Shown here in pieces: positions 11,739 to 25,381 of a DNA stretch of 64,000 nt. This DNA comes from Octopus sinensis. Its lineage: Eukaryota. Position numbers and translations under genes: made by a program. The first letter of the stretch is position 1; each line of letters opens with the position of its first letter. The notes under the pieces are model-generated. The model was not told the DNA's origin. It ran no database searches and saw nothing but the letters and a program-made list of their open reading frames with translations. The stretch covers positions 20,274,001 through 20,338,000 of the forward strand of contig NC_042997.1 of the NCBI RefSeq assembly GCF_006345805.1. The letters are read 5' to 3'.

Positions 11739-13379
11739 TATATGTGTTCTTTTGAATTCAAATAAAGAATTATAACTGAAACTTTCTTTATCATCACAAT
11801 TTTAATTGGTTTGAAAGTTACAAATCACTGAAACAAAACAGACAAGTATGTTACACCAGATAAATTTGACATTCTATAAAACACTCATTGTGGAAAGAAG
11901 TTTATATTATAGATTTGGAGATTCAAACATTTGCCAACAACTCTAAATCTGAATAAATTAGCACTTTAGTTCCATCACATTTGGGCCCAGTGTAGCAGAT
12001 AAAGGAGGTTTTAAAACTTTTGAGGAGACGTTAAAACTTAGTTGAAACTCATGTAAAATCACCAATGAAATATATACCAGACACCATCTGTCTACACAAT
12101 TTCAGAAGTCTAATGGAAACAGATGAATATTATAGAATTAAATTTTATTAGTTTGAGGTTGTGATTTTAAAATTATACTGGTTAAAGAAAATAAATTTTC
12201 ATTTATAAAAAATTCTTTTACATATGGAATGGACCTGTTTGACCCTTTAACCAACACATTACCCCAACTCTATCTGTCTGTCTGTCTGTCTCTCTTCCAT
12301 GTAGATTACTCAAGCTTTCTTGCTCATTTCAGTGCATTTGGTGGAAGGACTTCTTCAGACATGCATGTATCGCATACACTCCACCTGTATCAACATCCAT
12401 CCTTCATTCTTGCCTTCAGAGTGCACCCTGTTAAATTCGTAGTCAAGAGCACCTTTTATACTTGACAATAGCATGACAATCTCTATAGGGCTGGTGTCAT
12501 AGAAAACAAAATGCATCCAGTACACTCTGTAAAGTGGCTGGTGCTAGGAAGGGTATTCAGCTGTAGAAATCAAGCCACAGATAAAGTTACATGTGAGATG
12601 CTGTCCTTTGAGCCATCTAGGAGATGGTAATAACCCATTCATTTCACAGAAGAAAAAAAAGATGGTGTAGAATTTCTGACATTTTGGGTGAAGTCTTCTC
12701 TTAGTATTGTGATAAAAGAAGTAAATGAAAGACAAAAGTGTTTACATCCTCATTAGAGGGACTGAAAGTAACTGAGAGGAAACATTCCTGTTTTACTTGT
12801 TCTCCTTTTAGCTCAACTCTGAAGAAGGACTTTATCTGAAACATCAGAAACGCCACTCCCCACAGCACCAGCACTAGAAAGTTTGTGTATTTTCAACAAA
12901 ATGAAAAGGTCCTCTCTATCCTAAGTTTTTATTTACCAACTACTGTATAGAAGGTACCAGATGCATTTTATGATGGCATTAGAACTAAAAGGAGTTGCCT
13001 TATCCCTTGCAAGTCTAAAGAGTCCTTTTCACACCTATTCCATTAATTGAAGGCAATTGTAAGGGGTGAATAGAAAACAGAGTGATGATCAAGAGTAAAC
13101 TAGAGTAAGAATGTGAAAGAAGAGAGTGTACAAGTGTGAGTTTGATAAAGAGAAATATACTGATAGGAAAGGAAGGGTATTATTAATGGATAATTATATG
13201 CTAGTTATTGTTAAAGAGATTGAATAGAAAAATAGCAAGAGTGGTGTAACAGAGTAAGTAACTTTTTTACAGGAGAGTAAAACTTTCTGTTAGAAATGAA
13301 ATTAATAAGAAACACAATGTCATTGAATGTACTAAAGCTATTTTCGCATGGTTACTAATTTTTCTTATGCTTAATTTCA

Positions 13380-14130
13380 ACATGCTCGTTCAAAATACAT
13401 CTTCTTTATCAATTTTTAATAAGGTAATTCTAAAAAGTACTTATATGTCATATCTCTCTTCAAGCAAAAGAAAAATTACACTGCCTTTAAGGCTGATAGC
13501 AGATCCTTTTATACAATAGATTTCCTTTTAGTATAATTAACGGAAGACACTGTTTTATAACCAGTAATAAACTAAGAAGCATTTCTTGTTATTCTGGCTT
13601 TGTTATCTTCAGAAGAAATATTACAGAGCATGACAACAATGTACAGTGATTTCTAAAATGTGTTAAGAATTATGGGCTTGATGTGAATAATGATAAAGGT
13701 ATGTATAGGAAACCTAGTATTGCATTCATTCAGAGGGTATCTAACTGCTAAAGACTCAACGATCCTCAACAATTGAAGCCATTATTGAGACTTAATGCTT
13801 CTTCATACTCTAAGAGTTTGTCCAAGATTATTGGATTATTCATTAATTATGTGGGATGAATTCCAAGATATTTTGACATAAAGCAACATCTGCTCAACTC
13901 GTCTTCCTTCTCCTTTTCCATTGAAGCAATTATGGTTTTGGAAAAGCTGAAGAAAATACTTGCTGGTTCTGAAGTACACATCATAAATCCTAACTGCTCG
14001 TTGGTAGTAGAGACTAATACATCTGATGTTGCTTTAGGAGCTACTCTTTCCCAAGTAGGATGACCCCGTAACTTTTATCCCATACTCATTCAATAAAAGA
14101 TAAATAACATTGTTCTACTATTAAAAAAAT
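13380..14130 (+). pseudogene. Degenerate Ty3/Gypsy pol fragment (RT to RNase H)
   Basis: Manual translation with stops and shifts: LKSTY..YTAFKAD, EHDNNVQ*FLKCVKNYGLDVNNDK, LVVETNTSDVALGATLSQ (ETDAS..A.L.Q RNase H motif). Confidence 0.75.
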
Positions 14131-16874
14131 TTATGGAAAAAGATTTTACTCTACTGACTTACCAGAAGCAATGTCATTAGGATTGACCTTCAACTAGAAA
14201 TGGAATAAAGAAGGATAAAATCCATACATATATACAGATGCATATACACATATATATATACAAACATACACATGCATACATACATACACACATACATACA
14301 TACATGCATGGATGCATAGGCATACACACACACTGACCCACACACATGCACACAAACAAACAAAAAGGAACGCAGTGTAAATAACGGACAGGGTCAAGAC
14401 TACTGAAAAGGTTGCAAGACGCAACGAAAATTTTAGGAAAATAAAAATAAGAAATAAGTGGAAATTTTACTGGTGAGTGTGTTACATTATAAGGCACAAA
14501 AAGAAAATGACTCTCCCCAGACACAACAGTATATACAAGCAGTTGTTTGTCTTGTTACTTTCTTTATGTAATTTACAAAAGAATAAAGACATATTATAAA
14601 TAAAAATCACTTAAGAGAATGTTATATCTATATAAATTTAAGTGCACTTGTACAGTACATGATAGTTGTATGTAAGACAGACATTCCATTTCTTTAGTTT
14701 TCTCTGCATTATTTTGTGATGCGCTGGCCACATCATATGGAATCGTTGACTAATTTGAATCTTTCATTAATCAAATAAACTCATCCAAGTAACCCAATCA
14801 AAACTGATCAAGCCCTGGCTTGTGCCCAGGAGCAATACTCATTCTATGGCTGATATCTCCTAATCTACAGGATACCTCCTGATCAAAACAACCTTGCTGC
14901 TTTGTTGATGGCATTCTGCATACTTGCTTCTATGAGGTCCAGTATGCATGCTTTTGCAAATGGACTGGCATACAACTCCTTTGCATCCAACCTCAAAAGG
15001 ATCACATCTAACTAACTAGCTATTTGATCAAGATAGGGCTGACAGTTTTTCACACATCACATTTCACTTCCTTCCTTTCATTAGCCTTCCTAATAAAATC
15101 ATTCTTGGGAATGAGGAGTTCTTATAAAACCTCTTGCTTGGATACTTTTAGGTTCAGTACAAGCTGAGGAACAGTTTTTGTGTTCCACTTACCAAAGCTC
15201 AAACCATGAGACTTAACAATGCTTGTTCTCATCTTAACCAGGCCCTCTGCTGTCACTTTCAAACAATCCTACTGGATCGCATATCTCTTAATCAATACCT
15301 CATTTTAGATCAGCTATCTTTTGTCATAATGAGGTGTTGTACTACCACCCTGGCCATTCCTTCCAGAAAGCACTATACCCACATACACGCTGTGCTTTTG
15401 CTGCAATCCTTACTGTCCTCAATTTCAAACCAATTTAGACCTCAGGCCCAAATGCAGTTTCTTCCCTAGCATGGATCTTTATCCTTAATGTGAGAATCAT
15501 TGATCTAGGCAAAAAAGAATTCCACTAAACAGACCTTGCCCATATCAAGCTGAAAAAAAAAACTGCAATATTCTTCTAAAAACATTGACATTTTGAATTT
15601 ATTGACAAAGTGCATATCATGGAATGTTGATACTTGAGTGAGGCACAAATGCATTCATTCTCCCACAAAACAGCAAGCATATAAGTAGCTTCCATGAACA
15701 TTTTATTTCCAATTAGTTAACAGAATGTGTGAAGTGAAGCCTTATGCAGTTAAGAGAAAAGATCTTATCTATTTTAAAGTTTTTTTTAGACCATTTACTT
15801 CTAAGTAAGTGGCTTTCCTAGAGTAATTTTGGATGATGGCAATGATAACCACTCTCGTTACAGAAGGGTTAAAATCTAATGAAAAAATAAACATCTAAAC
15901 TTCTCTCATGACTGGTAATTAATTTACCTTAGTTTATTTACTTTAGCCAATGATGAAATAACGTTTAATTTGTTTGGCTCAATGCTGCCTTTTCATTTTC
16001 CATACGCTTTAGTAAATTACTATTGATATATCAAAGCAAGTTTTACGACTTCAGCTTCCTGAATATTCATTTATCCTCTGATTGGTAAAATGTTTATTGA
16101 AAAAATATTCAATACCCAGATATATATATATATAGCTGTATGTATCTTTATATTATATATATATATATATATATAGCTGTATGTATTTTTATATTATATA
16201 TATATACAGCTGTATGTATTTTTATATTATATATACATATATACATATCATATATACATATCTGGACATATGCATATCTACATACTTATTTATATATAAA
16301 TAGGTGTATGGGGAAGAGGTGCTTGTGTGGGTAGGTGTGCATATGCATGTGTGTGTGTGTGTATATACTCATACATGCATACATACATACATGGTTTATT
16401 ATGAAATACTTCAACTTGTTTGCTTTTTTTTCCTTTAAGTAATATCTATCAGATTCATTATTATGAAGAAGTTTATAATTATGATTTATGTAGCTGTGAT
16501 GAATCTGATGCAGTTTTTGAAGTTCTTTTATGTTTATTTTCTTCCCTATTCTTTTTCTAATTAATATCAAATATATTCAATGATAAAACCCAAATAACAA
16601 TTTGACTGGCTCCTTTGTGATTCTTCTTATTTTTTCTTTTCTGGCAATATTTTAAATGTGGCCTTAAAGTGTCATTCATCAAGTAAGATTATGTCTACCA
16701 TGTAGATGCATCACAAACTTTGTAGGGGGATACAAAATCTCAAAACTATCTGCAGACACCATTGTGTTATTTGCTTGTACCACTGCTGCTGCTGCTACTA
16801 CTACTACTACTACTTCTACTTCTACAACTACCACCATCACCATCACCACAACCACTAATAATAATAATAATGAT

Positions 16875-17185
16875 AGCAAAAGGAGCTGATTGCTACCTAG
16901 CTAAGATACCAGGAAACTCAAAAATGGCAGAAATTCAGAAGATAGTGCTCATGGGAGCTGCTGGTATCCTACGCAAAATACTTTCTATGTAATCTCAAGT
17001 TTTAAAACAAACATAATTTTCATATGTTTTTTTTTAGACATTCACTAGTACAACATTAAGTACAAAACCAAATATACGGTGCCCTAGGCATAACACCAGC
17101 ATGAACTTCCAACTTGTTGTCTCTTGAGGTCTCTGGGTGAGACTTGGAGCCAGCTTGTGCAAATGTAAAGCAAAAGTCAAACATA

Positions 17186-17190
<5 letters not shown>
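16875..17190 (+). mobile_element. 5'-truncated R4/Dong-like non-LTR element: ORF C-terminus plus 3'UTR
   Basis: YLAKIPGNSKMAEIQKIVLMGAAGILRKILSM* resembles the C-terminal end of RLE-type ORFs; begins after (AAT)n and ends in (AAT)n. Confidence 0.7.
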
Positions 17191-17245
<55 letters not shown>

Positions 17246-17412
17246 GGCATCATCAAAAATGATAATGCAAAGATCCTATGAGATTTTGTGATTCAGCGTG
17301 ACCATGAGATAGAGAACAGGAAACCAGACATAGTGTTATGCTAGATCATAGATATAGCATTCCCAGTTGACAACAAGGTATGTGATAAGGAAGAAAGAAA
17401 TGTGCGATGTCT
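17246..17412 (+). pseudogene. Restriction-like endonuclease (RLE) fragment, R4/Dong-like
   Basis: NDNAKIL*DFVIQRDHEIENRKPDIV..IIDIAFPVDNKVCDKEE contains the PD..D motif; bounded by (AAT)n on both sides. Confidence 0.75.
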
Positions 17413-17414
17413 TA

Positions 17415-17462
<48 letters not shown>

Positions 17463-18019
17463 AATAATTTAAGCTGAAGGCCACTAATCTTGGGGAAAAG
17501 GGTTATTGAGTATCATCAACTCCATTACTAGATTACTAGTCTTGTAGTGAGTTAGCCCAGTCCCTATTTGAACTTCAATTGTGAAAAGTCACAAGAAATA
17601 TTGTAAAGCAATTTTTTCTGGTGATTTAATGATTCTGCCAGATTGCCATGATGATGATGATGATGATGATGTTTGGCGTTATAAATTTGCTATTTTCTTT
17701 TAATTTTTAAAACGTTTTATGATTTAGTCAGATTGTTAGAGGGTGATGAGTTGTACCCTTGACTCTTTACAGTACCTCAAAGACTGGTACGGCAATGGAG
17801 TGAAAGTATTCTCTGACCAGACCTGGATGCTAGTAATAAAGTGGACCCTACTGAATGGATCCCACTGACACGTGATGTCATTAAACCAACTGACTGATTA
17901 TGTTTACACATCCACCCCTTTGCTGCACATATTCAATATCAATTACATTCATTTAAAGTCTGCAATGATGCAAGAATATCACAGAATATTTATATAGTCT
18001 CATTATCATTGTCATCATG

Positions 18020-18830
18020 ATCCTCATCATCATGGTTGGGGTCATAGTCATGGTCAGTATTGTGGTCATGGTCAGCATTCATAGTCATAGTCAGTGTCAT
18101 GGTCATGGTCATTGTCATAGTCATGGTCATGGTCAGCATCATAGTCATGGTCAATGTCGTGGTCAGCATCACAGTCATGGTCAGCATCATGATCATGGTC
18201 AGCATCGTGGTCATGGTCAGCATCATAGTCATGGTCAGCATCGTGGTCATGGTCAATGCTGTGGTCATGGTCAATGCTGTGGTCATGGTCAATGCTGTGG
18301 TCATGGTCAGTGTCGTGATCATGGTCAGCATCGTGGTCATGGTCAGCATCATACTCATGGTCAGTGTCGTGGTCATGGTCAGCATCGTGATCATAGTCAG
18401 TGTCATGGTCAGCATCATACTCATGGTCAGTGTCGTGGTCATGGTCAGCATCGTGATCATAGTCAGTGTCATGGTCAGTCTCATGGTCATGGTCAGCATT
18501 GTGATCATGGTCAGCATCATGGTCATGGTCAGTGTCGTGGTTATGGTCAGCATCATGGTCATGGTCAGCTTCATATTCATGGCCAGTGTCATAGTTATGG
18601 TCAGCATCATAGTCATGGTCAGCATTGTAGTCATGGTCAGCATTGTAGTCATGGTCAGCATCGTGGTCATGGTCAGCATTGTGGTCATGGTCAGCATCAT
18701 AGTCATCGTCTGTGTTGTAGTCATGGTCAGTGTCGTAGTCATGGTCATGGTCATCATTGTGGTTGTCATCATCATGGTTGTTATCGTCATGGTCATGATC
18801 ATCGCCACCATCATCATTGATTTAACATCT
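18020..18830. repeat. Triplet-phased minisatellite, unit about CATGGTCAGCATCGTGGT (18 bp)
   Basis: Dozens of variant 9/18-bp units grading into (CAT)n at both ends; open in three reading frames. Confidence 0.9.
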
Positions 18831-19030
18831 ACTTTTCCATGAGTCAGACAGAATTTGTTGAGGCAGATTTTCTATGGATAGATATCCTCACCCCTGACAG
18901 TCTTCACCTGTTTCCAAGCAAGTTAATATTTCCCATAGTCACATGTGTTTTTTGTGGAAGATTGGAAATGAGCAAAATCACTTCTATGATGAAGTCCTTT
19001 TCCAATCATTATAAGATGTCAAGACAAGGA
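18820..19030 (-). mobile_element. Family D short retroposon
   Basis: TTTAACATCTACTTTTCCATGAGTCAGACAGAATTTGTTGAGGCAGATTTTC matches 34480 and 47500. Confidence 0.6.
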
Positions 19031-19084
19031 CACATGCACACCTGTATACATGCACATGCACAAGCACATACACACACACACATT

Positions 19085-19420
19085 ATAGAGTGTCCTAGTT
19101 ATGTCATGTCTCATCAGTAGATGATACCATGATGACATTTTCAGACAACTGCTTATGATGTGGGTGATATCTTCAGTGTGAATTCCACAAAGTCTGCATT
19201 GGTTGCCACATTTTACTGCTTTTCCTGCATCCCTATCCTTTTTATGCACCAGGTATGTGGTTGATATTTCCTGTTCCTGGATTGCAAACGTATACCCTTC
19301 AAAGTGGGAAGTAGTAATCTGGCTGTTGGTCCATGATAAACTGCTTTGATGATCAATGTTACTATCATCACAGAGCTTTCTACTAACATACTCTTCTTCA
19401 CTAAAGTTTTACATTGATCA
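19085..19420 (-). pseudogene. CCHC zinc-knuckle region of an RLE-type (R4/Dong-like) LINE
   Basis: EGYTFAIQEQEIST..HKKDRDAG..CRLCGIHTEDITHIISSCLKMSSWYHLLMRHD shows C-x2-C-x8-H-x4-C followed by RHD. Confidence 0.75.
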
Positions 19421-19589
19421 CCCATTTGTGTACCACATTATAACTCTCCTTTACATCACTACTCATCTTTCACTCTTCTCATACACTACATCTGTCTTTC
19501 CCCTAATTTTCTTGTAGTTTAGCCACCCACACATCATCTCCTTCTCTCACATCCTACTCCTGTCTACAGTATTATTATTACTGTTCTCT

Positions 19590-19790
19590 GGCCCCCATGC
19601 CGGTGGCACATAAAAAGCACCCACTACACTCTCGGAGTGGTTGGCATGAAGAAGGGCATCCAGTTGTAGAAACTCTGCCAGATCAAGATTGGAGCCTGGT
19701 GCAGCCATCTGGTTTGCCAGTCCTCAGTCAAATCATCCAACCCATGCTAGTATGGACAGCAGACGTTAAACAATGATGATGATGATGATT
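19590..19790 (+). mobile_element. RTE 3' tail with one hairpin unit
   Basis: CATGCCGGTGGCACATAAAAAGCACCCACTACACTCTCGGAGTGG...GATGATGAT. Confidence 0.85.
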
Positions 19791-21329
19791 CTGTACTATC
19801 AGACACCATCTGGTTTCCTCTACTTTTCTGCAGCTCATATGTAACATTGACCACTCATCCACTCTGTTTTCATCATTTACTACAACTTATCTTCATTTAT
19901 ACCAAACTCTGTAGTTATCCTCTTTCCTCAACCTTCCCTCCAATGCCTATTTACCTCCCCTCAACCTGTGTTCTTCATTCCTTATATTTGCCCCTCGTAC
20001 ATTACTAATCTCTGAACACCTCCTCGCTCTCCCATACACTCATACAGCCTCTACCCAACCACATTCTTTGTTGTTCGGTCTCTACTCACTTCTTGTACCA
20101 TGAATATTCACTCTGACACATCATCTCCACTATTTTATCTCTCTTTCTTGCATCATCCTCATAACTTCCATCCACTCTTCTGTAATATGAGTTACTTTGT
20201 AGCACTTCTGTTGCAATAAATCTGTTTTGTTTCAGCCCCTTCTTTGATAATTTAATCTCTCATCTCCCAAAATAATGCTACCTTCCTCTCTACTGCAGAC
20301 TTATTCGCTTGAAGAGGAGCTTAATCTTGTGAGTTGCATGGTGACCTCACTAGTGCTGGGGTTATGAAACAAGCATGCAGTACACACTGTAAAATGGCTG
20401 GTGTTAGGAGAGGCATCCAGTCACAGAAACCATGACAAACCAGATATTGGAGCACAATGCAGTCATCAGAACTGTTGGATTCTGTTAAACTGTGCAACAC
20501 ATGCCAGCATGGAAAATGGATGTTAGAAGAACATATATACAGATACACATGCATATTTATATATATAGCTTTAAAACAATTGATTTAAACTCTTGGTGAA
20601 TTTTCTCTGTTACCCATGGTAAGCATAGGGAGATATAAATTGCAGGAAAAAAAATAAAAAGACATTTATGCTAATACATTCTTTTTGGTTACCTGTTTAT
20701 TTTCTGTTTCAATAATAAAATTCTGTCACCCACCTACCCATATAATACAAATGTTATCTTGAATGATAATATGAAAAAAAAAAAGACGAAAGAGAAAAGA
20801 AGAAACTCATAAAGATCATTTAAATAAAAATAGTTATGTTAGAATTTTAGAAGCCAAAGGGAATGTTAAATGAACTGATAAATTTAAAAGCAAACATATA
20901 TTGTTCAAATTTACATTGAACATTAATTGCCTCTAGAAAATAGAAAACTTTTTGTGTGTGTGATTTTATTTATGAGAAGAGAAGAAAGTTTCTTCTCTTT
21001 TACTTATATTTTATAATACTAATAAATATATTCTATAACTTCTGCTACATTTAAGTTCTGAAAGTAATAAAACAAAAAAAGTGTATATTTTCTGATTTAA
21101 CATCTTAGAGTTATATGGGGCAACATATAATCCATATTTTCTTGCTTGTGTGTTTTTTACTTACAATATACTCTTTTTATTCCGTTTATTTATAGATTCC
21201 TATCTTTCTGAATGGAAAGCACTGAAAAGTAAGGAACGATGGGCATTTGAGGTAAATGAAAATAACTAAAAATGATTGATATTTTCTAAGCTTTCATTTC
21301 TATTCATTTTATTGAACTTGAGAGAATTT

Positions 21330-21340
21330 ATAGGAAGCAT

Positions 21341-21371
<31 letters not shown>

Positions 21372-21373
21372 TG

Positions 21374-21409
<36 letters not shown>

Positions 21410-21547
21410 ATATTTATATATATATAGGAGAATTTGTGGATGTTTTACGTTTATAGATGCAAACATACATATGTACATATATACATAATATATATACTTA
21501 CACATGCAGGATCATGTATGTGTATATATATATATGTTCACACACAC

Positions 21548-21629
<82 letters not shown>

Positions 21630-22035
21630 GCACATATATATATATGTATATATGTGCATACATATGCATATATACATATGTATATATATATATTTACACA
21701 TACACACGCATGCACACATGCACTCACACATATAAATTCATCTTTCCTTTAGATTTGGTAGGGATAATCACTGAGGATTCTTCTTTCTATAGCCTACAGT
21801 AATCTATATAGTAAAACCTGTAAACTTCTAGGCTGCTTTTGATGAGATGAAAGAAGCATAAATTAGTTAAAGAAAAAAATCAAAAAGGATCCTTGTATGC
21901 TACTAATTTTAAAAAATATATTATACACATATTTATAACTATATATGTAACTATGCATTTGTGTACACACACACACACACACCACACACACACACACACA
22001 TATGTATGTATACATACATACATATATATTATACA

Positions 22036-22085
<50 letters not shown>

Positions 22086-22196
22086 TACATATATATATAC
22101 ACAAATACATACATATATATATATAATATATATATATACATACATATATATGTATGTTTGTATATCTATCTATCTATATATGTCTATCTATCTATC

Positions 22197-22228
<32 letters not shown>

Positions 22229-22240
22229 TATACACACACA
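21330..22240. repeat. Compound (AT)n/(AC)n/(ATAC)n microsatellite field
   Basis: Two long dinucleotide-rich blocks separated by about 200 bp; source of the YI/CV-rich ORFs. Confidence 0.95.
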
Positions 22241-22908
22241 CAGGTAAAGGTATAATACGCACACAGGTAAAGGTATAATAATATCTGTACGTGTGTGAGT
22301 GTATCTGTATATTTACCTTCCTACACACATTTAGGAAAATAGCTATGGAAAATCATTTTGATTTATATGAATAGAAGGAATTCATAGATTGGAAGTGCCA
22401 AGGGTGATATAAAACTAAAATGGAGTCAGTTAACCTGTAACTTAAATCTTGCCTTTCTGTGCAAAATAAGAAATCTGATGTGAGAAAGAAGTGAAATGAA
22501 AGTTTTTCCTAAGAAAAATGTGGGGAAAAGACGGTAAAAGAGAGAAAAAGAGAACAAAATAAGCAAAAAGAAAAGAAAAAACCCCAAGCTAAGTAATAAT
22601 TCAATTTCCTCATCTCTAACTGTTCTCTTTCATTTTTGTGTCGCATCATTATTTTTTTTTCTCCCTAGAGTACCACAAAAATTGCTTGTATAATATTTTT
22701 GGACACTTATATTATATACTTTTGAAATCCAGTGGAAGTTGAAAACCGAAGACAACAGTGTGGTAGAATTACATAAAATTACAGTGTAAAGATATAAACA
22801 TTACCGTTGTTATGTTACATGGCATGTTTCTGAAATGTTAACTAATCTATGAATTGTGTATCTTGTCATGGTGAAAGTCTTGTGGGTTGCCATGATTCCA
22901 AGTGCAAT

Positions 22909-23330
22909 AAGGTGGCAAGCTAGCAGAATTGTTAGCATGTTGCGCAAAAAGCTTAGCGGTATTTCATCTGCTGTTACGTTCTGAGTTCAAATTCCACCGA
23001 GGTCGACTTTGCCTTTCATCCTTTCGGGGTTGATAAATTAAGTACCAGTTACACACTGGGGTCGATGTAGTTGGCTTAATCCGTTTGTCTGTCATTGTTT
23101 GTCCTGTCTGTGTTTAGCCCCTTGTGGGTAGTAATGAAATAGGTATTTTGTCTGCTGTTACATTATGAGTTCAAGTTCAAATTCTACCGAGTTCGACTTT
23201 GCCTTTCATCCTTTCGGGATCGATTCAATAAGTACTAGTTACGCATTGGGGTTGATGTAATCGACTTAATCCCTTTGTCTTTCTTTGTTTGTCCCCTCTT
23301 TATTTAATTCCCAGTGGGCAATAAAGAAAT
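22909..23330 (+). mobile_element. SINE family A dimer, second unit head-less
   Basis: Junction GTAATGAAAT|AGGTATTTTGTCTGC at 23140/23141. Confidence 0.85.
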
Positions 23331-23689
23331 GAAATTGGAAAGAAGATAGAGATGTCGTTTAGGTTGTATTGGTGCATACTGTCAAGATACAGGAAGGTGG
23401 GTATAAGAAAGAATATGAACTGAGGATGGGAAGGTGTGGTTTGATAAGTTCATAGGATTGTGTGAGGAAAGTGTCAGGAGGTTAGGGATAGGGGTAATGT
23501 AGTGAATGATATGCAAAAGTGGAGGTGGGGTTGATGGTCAATATCATTGTTGGGGAGAAGATAAAACAAATATCTGAAGAAGGAAGGTATGTTAAGTACA
23601 GAAGGGGATGGCGAGAAGCGGTGTAACAAGTCTTTAAACAGCTAAGAAAATAGGAAAAGCCTGTAGATAGATAAGGAGAGAAATAGTGA

Positions 23690-24590
23690 TGTATAGAGAC
23701 GTACGTAGTGGTAGGTACAGAGAGTGGGCAGCAAAGCTGTACTCATTGCTAACTCTTATCTTACTAACAGTGCCCCTATTCATGGCATACACAGCTCTTC
23801 CTAGCTATTTCACCAAATTACAGGCTAGATACCCTCTTGATGGCTTTCTCCAGATCACCAAAAGCCAAGTACAAAGGCTTGCTTTTAGCTAAATATTTCT
23901 CTTGCAATTGTCTTACTAGAATGATAGCACTATTAATACTCATCCTCCCTGGCACAAAACTAAACTGCAGCTCATTTAGGCTAACTTTCTCCAAACAATC
24001 AATCTTTAATTCTTTCTGTAACAATCATGACAAGGTTCAGCACTCTGTTACCTCTGTAATTATTTCTAAGTTAAACTTTTGCCTATGTTATCAGCTGACT
24101 TTTATGCTGTTACACCAGTGGTTGGGTATGATACCTTCCTGTACAACCTGATTAACTATACAATTGACTAGGCCATATTCCACCCCATCAGATAGTTCAA
24201 GTACCTCAGCAATGTTTCTCCTGATGGGCTAGAGGCTTTATCTGCCTTGTCCTTCACTGCTTTACTTATCCATTCTGCTGTCAAGTAGAATAGTTGGTCC
24301 TTCTGTTGGAGACACATTGGGAAGGCCAACTTTTCCCCATTCGTCCTTCATAGTTAGTAACCATTCATATTTTATCACAGACATCACCTCATCTCAAACC
24401 TTGTTCATCGTTCAGTATATTTACACTCCTAACATATTTCTTACTATCCCTCACTTTCTACATACATTCTTGCTACTTATATCCAGCTTCCTTTTCTTAA
24501 CGGCTGCCTTCAAGTGCCCACTTGACCCCATATCTCTGTTATCTTTATTTCTCTTTCCAGTTCCCCACTAATTATTCCCACTCTTGTATA
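23690..24590 (-). pseudogene. Older degenerate copy of the RTE family (RT N-terminal half)
   Basis: ORF 23818-24024: QFSFVPG..SAIILVRQLQEKYLAKSKPLYLAFGDLEKA; nucleotide similarity to 30850-31300. Confidence 0.85.
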
Positions 24591-25381
24591 ATATGATTAA
24601 CGCAATCTTCGGATTACAAATACCCCACTTTACTAAAGAACAGGTTACAAAGTCTACTAGAAATATCAATACCAACATATTGCAACCTATATCACGTTAT
24701 GATCAAGGGACCAAAAAGAAGTACTGAAAATAGGAATAGTTATCGGTGTTGATGAGAGCTATGCAACCATTGTCTCATCTCATCCATCATGAAGATTTGA
24801 TCTATAAACATCAAAAGCAGAATCCATCATTGAGAAATTCAGAGTTAATGTCATTCAAGACATCAGCTACGTACAGAAGTGTCAACATAATTTTCAAAAA
24901 CAGCTGCATAAATATATCTCACCATTCATAGAAAAGCACAGAAGTTGATTGAAGAATGACATCATCACCCCTTGCAAGAAAACTTGTGGGTTCAAGGAAA
25001 AGGAAAATGCAGAATTAGTTCAATAACAATGACAAAGAACTACAACAATAGACCCATGAAATGAGAAAGTCGTTCATCACTTGACAAAAGGACAAAGAAT
25101 TACATACCAAAAGGAGGCATTATATCAGATGCATAAGGCAGCTGCCCAAAAGTTTACCCAAACCTGGAAAACCTTTGGTAGAGGAAGAAAGCTCAGGAAA
25201 TGAAATTATTATCAAAAACCAATGACATACAAGGATTCTTAAAGTAAATATAGTCAATGTTTTTGTCTACTCACAGTCAAGCTTCTATCAAAAGTATATG
25301 TGTTTTAGTTATCCTGGAGAACATTGCAAACATCCATTCTAGAGGGTGGAAACATGTTGATGATCTGAATCAGTCATGAGC

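Noticed and set aside
14700-15480. Complex sequence with YLDEFI (Merlin-like) and weak CR1/L2-like words on the minus strand
   Set aside because: The motifs are short and mutually inconsistent with many stops; probably an old TE, but I cannot assign it.
17770-17900. TTTACAG followed by GC-richer sequence, a possible exon
   Set aside because: All three frames hit stops within about 30 codons, with no convincing donor or homology.
21266-22278. Many ORFs of 70-170 aa rich in YI/CV/HT (also at 409-649, 50708-51075, 55939-56465, 61873-62412)
   Set aside because: Translations of microsatellites that lack stops by construction.
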